Virus record (IMG/VR): IMGVR_UViG_3300044796_000657
Location: 248,001-312,000 of that record
Strand: one strand, 5' to 3'
DNA length: 64,000 nucleotides
Each line of letters opens with the position of its first letter. Within the stretch, counting starts at the first letter, position 1. Below the pieces are notes generated by a model. The model was given only the letters and a program-made list of their open reading frames with translations, had not been told where the DNA came from and searched no databases. A program made the translations under genes and the position numbers. Positions 27,125-37,074 of the stretch are shown one piece after another.

Positions 27125-28060
27125 ATGGCTATTGACTTAGGTACTTTACAACAAGAATTCACGAGAATTGGCACACAAGGCGGCGGTTCATCTAACTTTT
27201 TAGATAACTTCGTTCCGATGCCAGAAGGCGAAGGCAGTATCGTTCTGCGATTACTTCCCCCCACAGAAGGTCTTAACGGCTTACCCTGTGCTAGAACTCG
27301 CACTCACAAATTGAATAATAAGACATTTCACTCACCTCTCCAACTTGTAAATGGTAAATGGCTCGGCAACTGCCCCATTAACAATTACTATCGTTCGCTG
27401 TGGAAGCAATCAGAAACTGCATCTGCCGAAGAAGCTAAGGCACTCCAAGCGGAAGCCCGAAGCATCAAGCCCGTAGAACGCTATTACTTCAATGCGATTA
27501 TTCGTTCAGCGACGAGCAAGAGCGGCGAAACCCTTCACAATGTCGGCCCGAAGATTTACTCTTGTGGCAAGCAAGTTTGGGAAAAGATTCTCCGTGCGAT
27601 TATCGGTGCTCCTGAAGTAGATGAACCGGGATTGGGCGATATTACCGATCTGCATACTGGTCGGGACTTCAAGATCATCAAGAGATTAGTTAAGAGTGGT
27701 TCGGAAGCATATCCAAACTACACCGAATCTAAGTTCTTGGCTCCTTCGGCTGCTGGTACGGAAGCCGACATTGCTGCTTGGATGGCAAATCGCCACAACC
27801 TCGCATCCTTGATTACGGTCAAGACCTTCGATGAATTGGCCAAAGAAGTCAGAGTTCACCGTGGATTGGAAAAAGATCCTGATCTGGCTTTTGATGGTGG
27901 TACGCCAACGCCTGTCGTTGAAACCCGTGCCCAACCACAAGCTCCACGGAACGTAGCTCCTCAGCGTCCAGTAGTCGCCCCTCAACCGGTTGCTGCTGTT
28001 AACGATGATGAAGACTTCGGTGTCGGTGATGAATTCTTCCAGAAGCTAAGGAACCTGTAA
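27125..28060 (+). CDS. T4 gp32-like single-stranded DNA-binding protein
   Basis: VLRLLPP, CPI.NYY..LWK, RYYFNAI, KIYSCGKQVWEKI, GRDFKIIK, YPNY.ES.F and an acidic tail. Confidence 0.85.
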   Translation: MAIDLGTLQQEFTRIGTQGGGSSNFLDNFVPMPEGEGSIVLRLLPPTEGLNGLPCARTRTHKLNNKTFHSPLQLVNGKWLGNCPINNYYRSLWKQSETASAEEAKALQAEARSIKPVERYYFNAIIRSATSKSGETLHNVGPKIYSCGKQVWEKILRAIIGAPEVDEPGLGDITDLHTGRDFKIIKRLVKSGSEAYPNYTESKFLAPSAAGTEADIAAWMANRHNLASLITVKTFDELAKEVRVHRGLEKDPDLAFDGGTPTPVVETRAQPQAPRNVAPQRPVVAPQPVAAVNDDEDFGVGDEFFQKLRNL

Positions 28061-28061
28061 G

Positions 28062-28460
28062 ATGAAGTTGAGCTACACAATATTGGTAGACTCATCAATC
28101 ATCAAGGACGAAACCAACAAAAATACCGCTGTTGAAGTTACTGCTCAATTAAGTGCAACTCCCGATAGAACATGGACTAGCTTGTTTGCGGGAGAAGCTT
28201 CACGACTTTTGAGTTATGACAAACATACACATGGTTTTGTGGGTAATGATGGTCTAATCATTTTGACATTGCCTCTTACGGATCGTTGGCTTGATAATGT
28301 GAATGATTATCTTTCAAAGGTGATCAACACTACCAACAGTGCTTATGCGGCTTGGCAAACGGAAGCTAATAGAATAATTGCTGCCGTCAAACAAATTACG
28401 AATGAAAATCGCAAAATGTTTGAAGTAGGCAAATCTTCCCGAAAAAATATTAATGATTAA
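28062..28460 (+). CDS. Hypothetical protein
   Basis: 132-aa ORF in operon. Confidence 0.5.
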   Translation: MKLSYTILVDSSIIKDETNKNTAVEVTAQLSATPDRTWTSLFAGEASRLLSYDKHTHGFVGNDGLIILTLPLTDRWLDNVNDYLSKVINTTNSAYAAWQTEANRIIAAVKQITNENRKMFEVGKSSRKNIND

Positions 28461-29298
28461 ACACTGCGATGTATTGGAAGGATTACGGGAATTGCCGCAT
28501 CGTAGCGCAGACATTGTATTGGTAGATCCGCCATACAATATCGGAAAAGATTTCGGTACAACTAAAGACAAGCTGGACATTGACGAGTATGTCAATTGGT
28601 GTTCCCTATGGCTCTCTGAATGCGATAGGATACTTAAGCCGTCTGGCACGCTTTACGTTTACGGATTTCCTGAAATACTTGCTCACTTATCAGTTAAGTT
28701 CCCGATGCAACATCGGTGGCTGATATGGCATTATAAAAACAAAACCACACCGACATTCAAGTTTTGGCAACGAAGTTTTGAAGCAATCTTATGCGGGTGG
28801 AAAGACGACAAAGAACGCATCTTCAATCTGGACGACGTAAGGGAACCATATACGGAAACCTTTTTGAAGAATGCAGCCGGTAAAACCCGAAAAGGCACAG
28901 CAGGCAGGTTCGGAAGCGATAAGGAAACCGTGTACACCGCTCACAGTGGCGGTGCTTTACCGAGAGATATGATTGAGTGTCCCGCACTGGCCGGTGGTGC
29001 GGGATTGGCAGAAAGATGGTTTTATTGTAAGACTTGCGACGACGCTTTTCCAAATCCAGCTAAGGCTGATCATGAAAGCCACGAAACGATTCAGCATCCT
29101 ACACAAAAACCATCTTGTATCACCAGAAAATTATTAACAGCCGCCAAACCACCGAAAGATGGTTTGGTGGTTATTCCGTTTATCGGCTCCGGAGCGGAAT
29201 GTGTAATAGCCAAGCAATTAGGCATGAGTTATTACGGATTTGACATCAACGAAGATTACATCAAGTTGGCAACTAAATTTTTACAACACGCAGTTTAA
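28453..29298 (+). CDS. DNA methyltransferase (N4-C/N6-A, beta class)
   Basis: VLVDPPYNIGK precedes HPTQKP and the motif I variant IPFIGSG. Confidence 0.88.
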   Translation: MIKHCDVLEGLRELPHRSADIVLVDPPYNIGKDFGTTKDKLDIDEYVNWCSLWLSECDRILKPSGTLYVYGFPEILAHLSVKFPMQHRWLIWHYKNKTTPTFKFWQRSFEAILCGWKDDKERIFNLDDVREPYTETFLKNAAGKTRKGTAGRFGSDKETVYTAHSGGALPRDMIECPALAGGAGLAERWFYCKTCDDAFPNPAKADHESHETIQHPTQKPSCITRKLLTAAKPPKDGLVVIPFIGSGAECVIAKQLGMSYYGFDINEDYIKLATKFLQHAV

Positions 29299-29300
29299 CT

Positions 29301-29879
29301 ATGAGCAATTTATTCGCAAAATACGATCATTTGAATTTCAAAGAACGACTAGATCGTGGCAAGAAATTTGAAGAGATTATTGACTCGGTTCTCTTACCAA
29401 TGAACCGCAAAATCAAGCAGTCTACTCTCAACGAAGACATGCACGAGAAGATCGACCGCATCGAAGAACTTCCTGACGGTACAACAAGAAAACTCGCCTA
29501 CAAAGCCAGAACATCGGGTGACGACATCCTCTTGGATTTGTATGAACCATTCTATGGCATCGACAATACAGCAACTCGTCCCGGTCGTGACCTCATATCC
29601 CCTTATGATAGATATTTTTGCTTAGAGCGTGGTGGTGGCAACCTGCGAGAAATCGATGGCGCTGTCCAGAAAATGCGTATCAAGGAAGTCTTAACTGAAT
29701 GGGCTGATTGTAGCTACTTTTTGAGCCGTGGATGGTTCAACAGTGTCAGAGTCCCAGGTATCAGCTTAAAGTATCACGTCGATAAGAGCAACGATAGGCC
29801 GAAGATCATAATGTTCATCAAGCCAAGCGTCTACAAAGAAAACGAAGAAATCTGGTATTATAAGGTTAATAATGAGTGA
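29301..29879 (+). CDS. Putative PD-(D/E)xK nuclease
   Basis: RGKKFEEII...D.HEKIDRI...LAYKAR pattern; lies between two MTases. Confidence 0.45.
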   Translation: MSNLFAKYDHLNFKERLDRGKKFEEIIDSVLLPMNRKIKQSTLNEDMHEKIDRIEELPDGTTRKLAYKARTSGDDILLDLYEPFYGIDNTATRPGRDLISPYDRYFCLERGGGNLREIDGAVQKMRIKEVLTEWADCSYFLSRGWFNSVRVPGISLKYHVDKSNDRPKIIMFIKPSVYKENEEIWYYKVNNE

Positions 29880-31032
29880 ATTGCGACAGAAGACTTTGAA
29901 CATCATGGGACAATTGAAGATCGAAGATAGAAAAAGACTCGGCCAGTATTTCACACCAGAACATATCCGCCATGTTGCTTTCAATACACTCCCACAATAT
30001 GACTTCAAAAAGATATTAGAGCCTTCGTTTGGTACTGGCGAATTCCTAGAGGATTTAGCCTTACGATACCCGGACTCGGCCATAGATGGTTATGAAATCG
30101 ATCCCGCACTATTCAACGAGATGGCATGGGATAAGGGTACGTTAACTCTCGGTGATTTCTTGAAGAACGATATTCCCGACGACACCTACGATTTGGTCAT
30201 CGGGAATCCTCCGTACTTCCAAGTACAAGAATACGATCAAAAGTTTAATACCGTAGTCAACGGTCGGCCCAACATATTCTCATTCTTCTTTCAAGAAGGC
30301 ATCAGAGTATTGAGGGACGGCGGTTGGCTTGTTTACGTTATCCCTACCAGTATGTGCACAGGGAAATACTTTCTTAATTTAAGAAAGCACATCGAGGAGT
30401 ATTGTGGTGTCAAAGCCATCGTTAACTTTGATGACAGTGAGTTTGAAAATGCTCTACAGTCTGTAATTGTTCTAACACTTCAAAAAGGGTTTGAAAGTCA
30501 GAAGAATTTGGTGTATGGTGATGACTTCAAATTCAATTACAACGGTGACGACATCATAGAGAAATCCCAGAGTGGCAAAACCTTAAACCAATTAGGGTTT
30601 CATGTCAAAACGGGTAATCTCGTCTGGAACCAGCATAAAGAAGAATTGACCGATGTAGCCGAAGACAACATTAAGTTGCTTTGGTCACACAATGTCAGCA
30701 AGGAAAATATCCTTACCGATCAAACCAAAAAACCGCAGTACGTGCTAAACAGGATGCGTGACAAGATTACGCCTTACCAAGCACCGGCAATTGTTGCCAA
30801 GCGGACATTGGGAGCAGTCGGTAAGGGTACTCTCAACGCTTGTTTGATTGAAAGCGGCGAGTTTTATGCTGAAAATCATTTGAATGTTATAACTCACAAA
30901 GACCATACACAACTGCCAGTGCTATTGAACGAATTAACTAAGCCATCAACTTCCGAACTAGCTAGAAGGATCACGGGAAACACCCAATTATCGAAAACGG
31001 AATTGATGTACTTACTTCCATTGGCATTATGA
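29872..31032 (+). CDS. N6-adenine DNA methyltransferase (gamma class with C-terminal TRD)
   Basis: LGQYFTP, ILEPSFGTGEF, VIGNPPY, FHVKTGNLVWNQ, FYAENHL. Confidence 0.9.
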   Translation: MSELRQKTLNIMGQLKIEDRKRLGQYFTPEHIRHVAFNTLPQYDFKKILEPSFGTGEFLEDLALRYPDSAIDGYEIDPALFNEMAWDKGTLTLGDFLKNDIPDDTYDLVIGNPPYFQVQEYDQKFNTVVNGRPNIFSFFFQEGIRVLRDGGWLVYVIPTSMCTGKYFLNLRKHIEEYCGVKAIVNFDDSEFENALQSVIVLTLQKGFESQKNLVYGDDFKFNYNGDDIIEKSQSGKTLNQLGFHVKTGNLVWNQHKEELTDVAEDNIKLLWSHNVSKENILTDQTKKPQYVLNRMRDKITPYQAPAIVAKRTLGAVGKGTLNACLIESGEFYAENHLNVITHKDHTQLPVLLNELTKPSTSELARRITGNTQLSKTELMYLLPLAL

Positions 31033-31613
31033 TCGAAAAAATACTGAACGTTTTTGAGACTTATGTTTCAAGGAACGACAAATTGAGCGGTACCTACCAA
31101 ACCAAAGATACCGATCAGGAAAAAGAAATTTGCGACCTGCTATTGAGATCCGGCGTTCCTTATCTGGGCCACGGAAGTCAAGAGTACAAGAAAAGCAATC
31201 CGATGACGGACGGTTTTTATACGCAACCACATGGCACCCAAAACAATCCCGATATTGTCATACATCATCAGGGTAAAAGTTTAGGTATTAGTTGTAAATC
31301 GGCGAAAGATACGATCTGCTTCAATAGCACTCGACCGAATCCCGATGTGGTTTATGTGATTGACAATGGCAATCATCGATGTGTTCAAACTGGCAGTGAA
31401 ATCGTTTCGGAAGCAGAAGATTTAATATTTAAAGAGTACGAGAATGAATTGAAAGAACTTTGCGGCAAAATCAAAGATCGTCTCAAAGAGGTGAAATCCA
31501 AAATAGTTGTATATGAGCGCAAAGCATATTACGCTAATACGAAATTGAAAACCACCAATTTGAACACCATACAAAACCACTTAAAGAATAAACTTAAAGG
31601 AAATAATGACTAA
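31029..31613 (+). CDS. Putative type II restriction endonuclease
   Basis: QPHGTQNNPDIVI...LGISCKS resembles PD..(E)xK with S at the E position; coupled to the MTase. Confidence 0.5.
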   Translation: MIEKILNVFETYVSRNDKLSGTYQTKDTDQEKEICDLLLRSGVPYLGHGSQEYKKSNPMTDGFYTQPHGTQNNPDIVIHHQGKSLGISCKSAKDTICFNSTRPNPDVVYVIDNGNHRCVQTGSEIVSEAEDLIFKEYENELKELCGKIKDRLKEVKSKIVVYERKAYYANTKLKTTNLNTIQNHLKNKLKGNND

Positions 31614-32802
31614 AAAGAAAAAGAATGAAGACAACGCAGAACTCCACGCCAATTTGTTTGCGGAAATCAGTAAGGGTATCGGGGGCGAACTCCTAGAAGA
31701 TCGTGATAAGAACGCTTGGGGATTCATCGATACCGGCATCTTGGGACTTAACTACATCTTATCCGGTAAATTCATCGGCGGCGGCGTTCAAGCCGGTGCC
31801 TGTGTTGAAATCCTCGGAAACAGCTCGTCCTGTAAATCCCTCTTGGGAACCAATATTCTCCGTGGCGTACAGACCGCTAATGGCATTCCTGTGATGTTGG
31901 ATGCCGAACGGACAATCAGTAAGGACTTCGCCAAAAAGGCCAGCAGAATCGATCCTAATCGCTTTATCGTGGTGGAAGCCGATACGCTGGAAATGTGCTT
32001 TAACAAGATCCATACAACCATCCGCAATGTCCGTGATACGATGAAGGTACCGATGCGGTCGCCTTTGGCTATTGTCTATGACAGTATTGCCGTATCGCCG
32101 TCTGAAAGAGAATTTGCCGAAACGGACTTGGATCTAGAGCATGCAACCGAAGCCGAAAAGAAAGCAGCGGGAGCCGGTGCTGATAAGCCGGGTGAACGTG
32201 CCAAGATTTGTTCCAAGGAACTTCGCAAGATTCCGCCAATTCTCAGTGCTAACAACTGTTTGCTGGTTATTATCAATCAGTTGCGTACTAAGATCGGCGT
32301 AATGTATGGCGATCCCGATACGGCTGCTGGTGGTGGTCGTGCCTTGGAATACTACACGAGCGCAAGATTGAAGACGTTTAGCAGCAAACAGATCAAAGAT
32401 GGTTTGGGCAAGGTTATTGGGATCAATTTAAACGTTAAGTGTATCAAGAATAAGTGTCACATGCCATTCGGTCAAGTTAACGCTTTGAGAGTGTTCTTTA
32501 ACAAGGGCATCGATCCATTCGGTGGATTGTTGGAATTGTTGCAACAGAATGGTCGTATTGTTGCTTGTAAGCCTGCTGGAACTTATCAAATTGCCGAACC
32601 GTTTGCTGGCGGTAAGGAGATTAAGTTCAAGAGTTCCAAGGAACGTAATGATGTACCGGCTTCGGTATTGTTGGAATGCCCTGCTGTTGTGGACGCAGAT
32701 TCCCCAGAACAAGTGCAGTACTATATCGATATGTTTGGCGAAGCACTCAGCGCTGTTGAGAATGACATGGGTTCGGAAGTGGATATGCCAGTTGAGGAAT
32801 AA
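31606..32802 (+). CDS. recA: RecA/UvsX-like recombinase
   Basis: IDTG...LNY, P-loop GNSSSCKS, LDAE, IVYDSIA, IINQLRTKIGVMYGDP.T..GGRALEYY.S.RL, KNK..MPF. Confidence 0.9.
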   Translation: MTKKKKNEDNAELHANLFAEISKGIGGELLEDRDKNAWGFIDTGILGLNYILSGKFIGGGVQAGACVEILGNSSSCKSLLGTNILRGVQTANGIPVMLDAERTISKDFAKKASRIDPNRFIVVEADTLEMCFNKIHTTIRNVRDTMKVPMRSPLAIVYDSIAVSPSEREFAETDLDLEHATEAEKKAAGAGADKPGERAKICSKELRKIPPILSANNCLLVIINQLRTKIGVMYGDPDTAAGGGRALEYYTSARLKTFSSKQIKDGLGKVIGINLNVKCIKNKCHMPFGQVNALRVFFNKGIDPFGGLLELLQQNGRIVACKPAGTYQIAEPFAGGKEIKFKSSKERNDVPASVLLECPAVVDADSPEQVQYYIDMFGEALSAVENDMGSEVDMPVEE

Positions 32803-32805
32803 TAA

Positions 32806-33123
32806 ATGACAAAAAATGATATGATTGAAGTGGCTGGAATTCTTGAAACTATCAAAGACGGTCGAAAATATCAGCCGGGGATGAGACAAGCAGGAATTCA
32901 AGTTGACGATGGGCATGGAACAGGATTAGTTAAATGGAATACTAGAAATTCTGCCTTTTGTGTTCTTGATTTGTATTGGGACTCGATGTCAGAAAGACCA
33001 AAAAACATCAAGGATTTGATTGGCAAAACTGCTGTCATTAAAGATGATTTGCCGATTTCACAAGGTATTATAGAATTGAGTCATCATGCCAAAAATGGAT
33101 TGTGGTTGAGATTCAAAAAGTGA
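32806..33123 (+). CDS. Hypothetical protein
   Basis: 105-aa ORF, GAGG SD. Confidence 0.5.
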   Translation: MTKNDMIEVAGILETIKDGRKYQPGMRQAGIQVDDGHGTGLVKWNTRNSAFCVLDLYWDSMSERPKNIKDLIGKTAVIKDDLPISQGIIELSHHAKNGLWLRFKK

Positions 33124-33128
33124 ATAAT

Positions 33129-33158
33129 AAAAACGCCGGTCAATGACCGGCGTTTTTT
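33129..33158. terminator. Intrinsic terminator
   Basis: AAAAACGCCGGTC-AAT-GACCGGCGTTTTTT after the gp32-RecA operon. Confidence 0.85.
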
Positions 33159-33176
33159 GTTTTAAATCATTAAGTC

Positions 33177-33182
33177 TAAATA
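33177..33182 (+). promoter_or_regulatory. TAAATA late-promoter-like box
   Basis: TAAATA-tcttc-ATG(33188). Confidence 0.5.
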
Positions 33183-33187
33183 TCTTC

Positions 33188-34663
33188 ATGAATGTGCTGA
33201 ATGAAGCTGTTAAGGGTATTCAAGACCTCCTAAAAACTCACAATATTATACATATTGGTGTTATGGGTATGTGGGATACGTATTATGCCTCATCACCTAA
33301 ACCCGGTGAACAACCAACCGGAAAAGTTGTACAAGGCAAGCCTAATCCGTTAATATTACAGAAGCTCAATTCAATTACGACGGAAGCGGCACAACGATTG
33401 GGCAGTGTTGGTTTCCGTAGTCAGCGGGCGATATTGTGTATTGTTGATCAGAAGGAAATGCGAACCAATCATATCACTGGATCTACTGGTTGGGGTGGCT
33501 ATGCCAGTAGATCAAACCACTTTATGGTTTTGGATTTACAGAGAATTGATACCGAAGGTTTGGTACATGAACATGCTCACATGTATTGGTTCATGATGTC
33601 CAAACCTGCCAAGGAAATCTTTGAAAACTGGTACAGAAAAACAGTTAATGCCAACAAAGAAGATTTTGCCAAAACTCAAAACAAGTTAACACCCGAAGAT
33701 CAGAACAAGGCAAAAGAAGATTTCATGAAGAGGGCGGGAAGCTTTGCCCGATCTGTCATTGAAACTTTGGCAATGGATACGCACAATTCCAGTCCTGATC
33801 ATTATTTCAACTTGGCGGCGGCTCATGAATCGGGTGACGAACAAGCAATGTTGCGACGGGCATTGATGACAAGACATAGTGCCAATGTTTATGGAACACT
33901 GCTTAAGCCTCTGGCAGTTGGTGATACGTCTTACGGATATGCAACACAGCGACTTGAACCCGGCGAAAAAGTTAAGATTGGGTATTATGGCGGCAAGTAT
34001 ATTATCATGTGGTATCCGCCAAACGACAAATATAGAAGTTTAGAACACCCAAAATCGTTTACTGACGATCAAATGAGCGAATTAGTGAAGATTGATCCCA
34101 AGTCATTAACACCTGAACAAAAAGAAGCATATAAAAAGAATGTTGCTTTGGCCAAGAAGCCGCCCGTATCGTTCTTTGCGTCACCTGCGATGAAGAAAAA
34201 GGTAGAGGAAGTATTCACAAAGGAATTCAATAATTTTCTCAATAACTATGGCCACAACCAAATGAAATATTCTGCTCGTTTGAGTGTTTCTGGAATTTTT
34301 AGTTCGTTCATGTCAAAGTTGAGGATGCGAAAAGCTAAACTCAAAACTTTAACCGATGTTGAAGATGTTTTGATTGAAGTGATGAAGGCCAAGTTCTACG
34401 CTGGTACAATCGATTTCGCCGATGAAACATCAAAGGAAAGATACGGCCAAGAAAAGAGCAAGGTGGCTATTCAAGGTGTAAGTAAACCAGAAGGGGCCGG
34501 GTTCAGAGATTATATGCATCGTAACAGCAATTTGCCGTCTTCTTACGCAGCGGCTAACGTTGATGAATTGTGGGCTGAGACGGTGGATTTTGCGACTAGA
34601 AACATTCGTGGGATAAATCCGGAATTACGTTCTATGTTGATGAAAGTTCTTTCGATGAGATAA
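33188..34663 (+). CDS. Putative zincin-like metallopeptidase
   Basis: LVHEHAHMYW (HExxH) and C-terminal SYAAANVDELWAE; the track start at 33143 lies inside the terminator. Confidence 0.55.
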   Translation: MNVLNEAVKGIQDLLKTHNIIHIGVMGMWDTYYASSPKPGEQPTGKVVQGKPNPLILQKLNSITTEAAQRLGSVGFRSQRAILCIVDQKEMRTNHITGSTGWGGYASRSNHFMVLDLQRIDTEGLVHEHAHMYWFMMSKPAKEIFENWYRKTVNANKEDFAKTQNKLTPEDQNKAKEDFMKRAGSFARSVIETLAMDTHNSSPDHYFNLAAAHESGDEQAMLRRALMTRHSANVYGTLLKPLAVGDTSYGYATQRLEPGEKVKIGYYGGKYIIMWYPPNDKYRSLEHPKSFTDDQMSELVKIDPKSLTPEQKEAYKKNVALAKKPPVSFFASPAMKKKVEEVFTKEFNNFLNNYGHNQMKYSARLSVSGIFSSFMSKLRMRKAKLKTLTDVEDVLIEVMKAKFYAGTIDFADETSKERYGQEKSKVAIQGVSKPEGAGFRDYMHRNSNLPSSYAAANVDELWAETVDFATRNIRGINPELRSMLMKVLSMR

Positions 34664-34675
34664 CTCAATTATTTC

Positions 34676-35485
34676 ATGCAAAGAACCATCTTCGATTATA
34701 TCGACGTTAAGCGTCTCCCTAAGTGCCTTTGTGTCATTCCCTTTTACGGCGGCAGTTCCGACGCCGTCCATGCCAGTCGTGTCACCAACCCGATCTACTA
34801 CCTGAAAACCTTATTCAGTATGAAGAGGTATTTTGACCGCATTGTATCCTTCGTTAACAATGAACGTGATAAGAAGTTCCTAGAAAATCTGCCGGGTAGC
34901 TCAGAAGTCATTCAAATTGAATGTAACCCAATCCACTTGCCAGTTTCGGCAATGGGACACATTCAAACCCACGGTGATGATTTCCCCTTCGAGAGCATCT
35001 TCTACACCGAAGCCGACCAAATCCTCTATTGTACAGACCTTCCCGGTGTACTGGACAAGTGCGATGATACAACCTACGTGGTGCCTCACCGGTTCGTTAA
35101 GCTCCCTATTGCCGATAGACCGATGTTTACAACCAAGAAGTACGATTTAGAGTCGCCGATTGTAATGTTTGATGGACGACCTTTTGAAATTCGCCATTAC
35201 GTCGGAAGGGACAATCCAGAAAAAGAGCGGTTCTATCAGGTTAAGAATAAATGGAGGGCATTTGGTGGTACATGGATTGCCAAACGCAATTTGTTCATGA
35301 AAACCAAGTTCAAGTTCGTGGATTACCAGCCGATTGAGGAAGCTTGTTTTTCAATGTTTACAGATGATAGAAAGATGTATCGGACTTACGATCCTTATGA
35401 TTTGTTCGTAGATCATTTGAGTGGATTTGAGCAGATAGCTAGGGATTGTGGGATGGACATTTTGACATTGCCGGGAGGTTGGTAA
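34676..35485 (+). CDS. Possible glycosyltransferase-like protein
   Basis: CVIPFY N-terminal strand and FYTEADQIL (DxD-like); weak. Confidence 0.35.
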   Translation: MQRTIFDYIDVKRLPKCLCVIPFYGGSSDAVHASRVTNPIYYLKTLFSMKRYFDRIVSFVNNERDKKFLENLPGSSEVIQIECNPIHLPVSAMGHIQTHGDDFPFESIFYTEADQILYCTDLPGVLDKCDDTTYVVPHRFVKLPIADRPMFTTKKYDLESPIVMFDGRPFEIRHYVGRDNPEKERFYQVKNKWRAFGGTWIAKRNLFMKTKFKFVDYQPIEEACFSMFTDDRKMYRTYDPYDLFVDHLSGFEQIARDCGMDILTLPGGW

Positions 35486-36189
35486 TGTACTCTGATTACG
35501 TCAAAAAATTAACTGCTGCTTGTGAAAAACGAAACTGGAAATTAGACGGACAATATGAATTTCTGTCTATTAGGATCAATGAAGGGGCTAAAAAATCCGT
35601 TTGTTTTGCTGCTGGCATTCATGGGGACGAACCTGCCGGGCCTGAAGCTATACTGAAATTTGTCAAAGAGGGTTCGGTACCTGATGATGTGTTTGTGATG
35701 TTGATGCCCGTGATCAACTCTTGGGGATATGCCAAAGGTACTCGCAGGAACGCTGCTAGGAAAGACATCAATAGACGATTTTGTGATAAGGTGTTAACTG
35801 GCGAAGCGGCTATTGTCAGTGATCTACTTAAAGAACATCCTGTATCAATGTTGTGTTCTATGCATGAGTGGCCCGGACAGAATGGGTTTTACATGTACGC
35901 TTCTGACAAAGAGAAGAAAGAAGCGATATTGGGCATTCCGAAGATAGCCAGCGAATGGTTCAGGATTATCAATAATCGTAAAATTAACGATGAGTTTGTT
36001 GAGAATGGTATTATTTGGCATCCTGAAAAGAAGTACCGAAACAATAAGAGCAAATCGACATTAGAAAACAGGGTATTTCTTGATAAAACGCATTATGTTT
36101 GTTTGGAAACGCCGAGTGAGACGGATTTAGGCAAACGTTGCACTTGCCAATTCACCATCATGGAATATATAATCAAAGGAATTCTCTGA
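35485..36189 (+). CDS. M14 zinc carboxypeptidase / succinylglutamate desuccinylase-like
   Basis: AAGIHGDEPAG, PVINSWGY...RRNA...DINR, SMHE; ATG at 35485 after GGGAGG. Confidence 0.8.
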   Translation: MYSDYVKKLTAACEKRNWKLDGQYEFLSIRINEGAKKSVCFAAGIHGDEPAGPEAILKFVKEGSVPDDVFVMLMPVINSWGYAKGTRRNAARKDINRRFCDKVLTGEAAIVSDLLKEHPVSMLCSMHEWPGQNGFYMYASDKEKKEAILGIPKIASEWFRIINNRKINDEFVENGIIWHPEKKYRNNKSKSTLENRVFLDKTHYVCLETPSETDLGKRCTCQFTIMEYIIKGIL

Positions 36190-36200
36190 AGGAAAAAATT

Positions 36201-36509
36201 ATGTTAGAACTTACCGAAGATACGTTTAAGGCCGAAATAGAAAACCATGCAGGTTTAGCAATTGTAGATTTTTACACGCCTGCTTGTGCTCCGTGTCGTG
36301 TACTCGCACCGGTGTTCAAGGCATCGGCAGATAAGCATGTCGCAATCAAGCACGCCAAAATTGAACCTAGCAATGCACAGACTACCTTTGTGAATTTCGG
36401 CGTTAACTATGTGCCGACCTTGATTTTGTTCAAGGACGGTAAAGAACTTGCCCGCAAGGGATTTATGAACGCTGCTGAATTGGATGCTTGGTTGGAGCAA
36501 GCTCATTAA
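36201..36509 (+). CDS. Thioredoxin
   Basis: VDFYTPACAPC, VPTLILFKDGKE. Confidence 0.85.
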   Translation: MLELTEDTFKAEIENHAGLAIVDFYTPACAPCRVLAPVFKASADKHVAIKHAKIEPSNAQTTFVNFGVNYVPTLILFKDGKELARKGFMNAAELDAWLEQAH

Positions 36510-37074
36510 GTTCAAGTGTATTGTTGCTGATCCACCGTGGCCTTATAAATCAAGCGATTTGAAATCTTCCCCCGAACATAGACCCAATAGTTGGAATACA
36601 CCATTGGGTAGTGTTAGCTCGATATATCGTTATGGTTCCATGTCTTTGAAGGAATTGGGTGAATTGGCGGTCAAGAGCAAGGCGGAAGATAATGCCCATT
36701 TGTATTTGTGGGTTACGAACAGTTTTATGGTTGAAGCACATCAATTGGCCCGTCAGTGGGGCTTTGAGCCGAAGACGATTATTACTTGGGTTAAGAAGAA
36801 AGCGGATGGTACCCCGTCTATGAAGATGGGGTATTATTATCGTGGGGCTACTGAACACGCTTTGTTTTGCGTACGAGGCAGTTTGAGGTTAAAAGGCCCG
36901 CCACATCCTACAGCGTTTGAGACGCCTAGATTGCCGCACAGCATGAAACCTGATTACTTTTATGAAATGGTAGAGAAACAATCCGAGGGACCGTACCTCG
37001 AATTGTTCTCACGCAAGAAGAGAGAGAGATGGGCAATTTGGGGAAATGAATTGCCCAATGATGTTCAAGTTTAA
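36484..37074 (+). CDS. MT-A70-family adenine methyltransferase (alternative ATT start at 36505)
   Basis: IVADPPW, HLYLWVTN, WGF..KT.ITWVK, TEHALF, HSMKPD, YLELFSR. Confidence 0.9.
   Translation: MLGWSKLIKFKCIVADPPWPYKSSDLKSSPEHRPNSWNTPLGSVSSIYRYGSMSLKELGELAVKSKAEDNAHLYLWVTNSFMVEAHQLARQWGFEPKTIITWVKKKADGTPSMKMGYYYRGATEHALFCVRGSLRLKGPPHPTAFETPRLPHSMKPDYFYEMVEKQSEGPYLELFSRKKRERWAIWGNELPNDVQV

Noticed and set aside
32428-32916. 162-aa minus-strand ORF and many other 60-140 aa nested ORFs in the track
   Set aside because: They overlap well-supported genes in other frames and show no motifs or RBS.
33143-33187. ORF-track start MTGVFCFK for the zincin-like gene
   Set aside because: It lies inside the terminator hairpin; the ATG at 33188 follows the TAAATA box.
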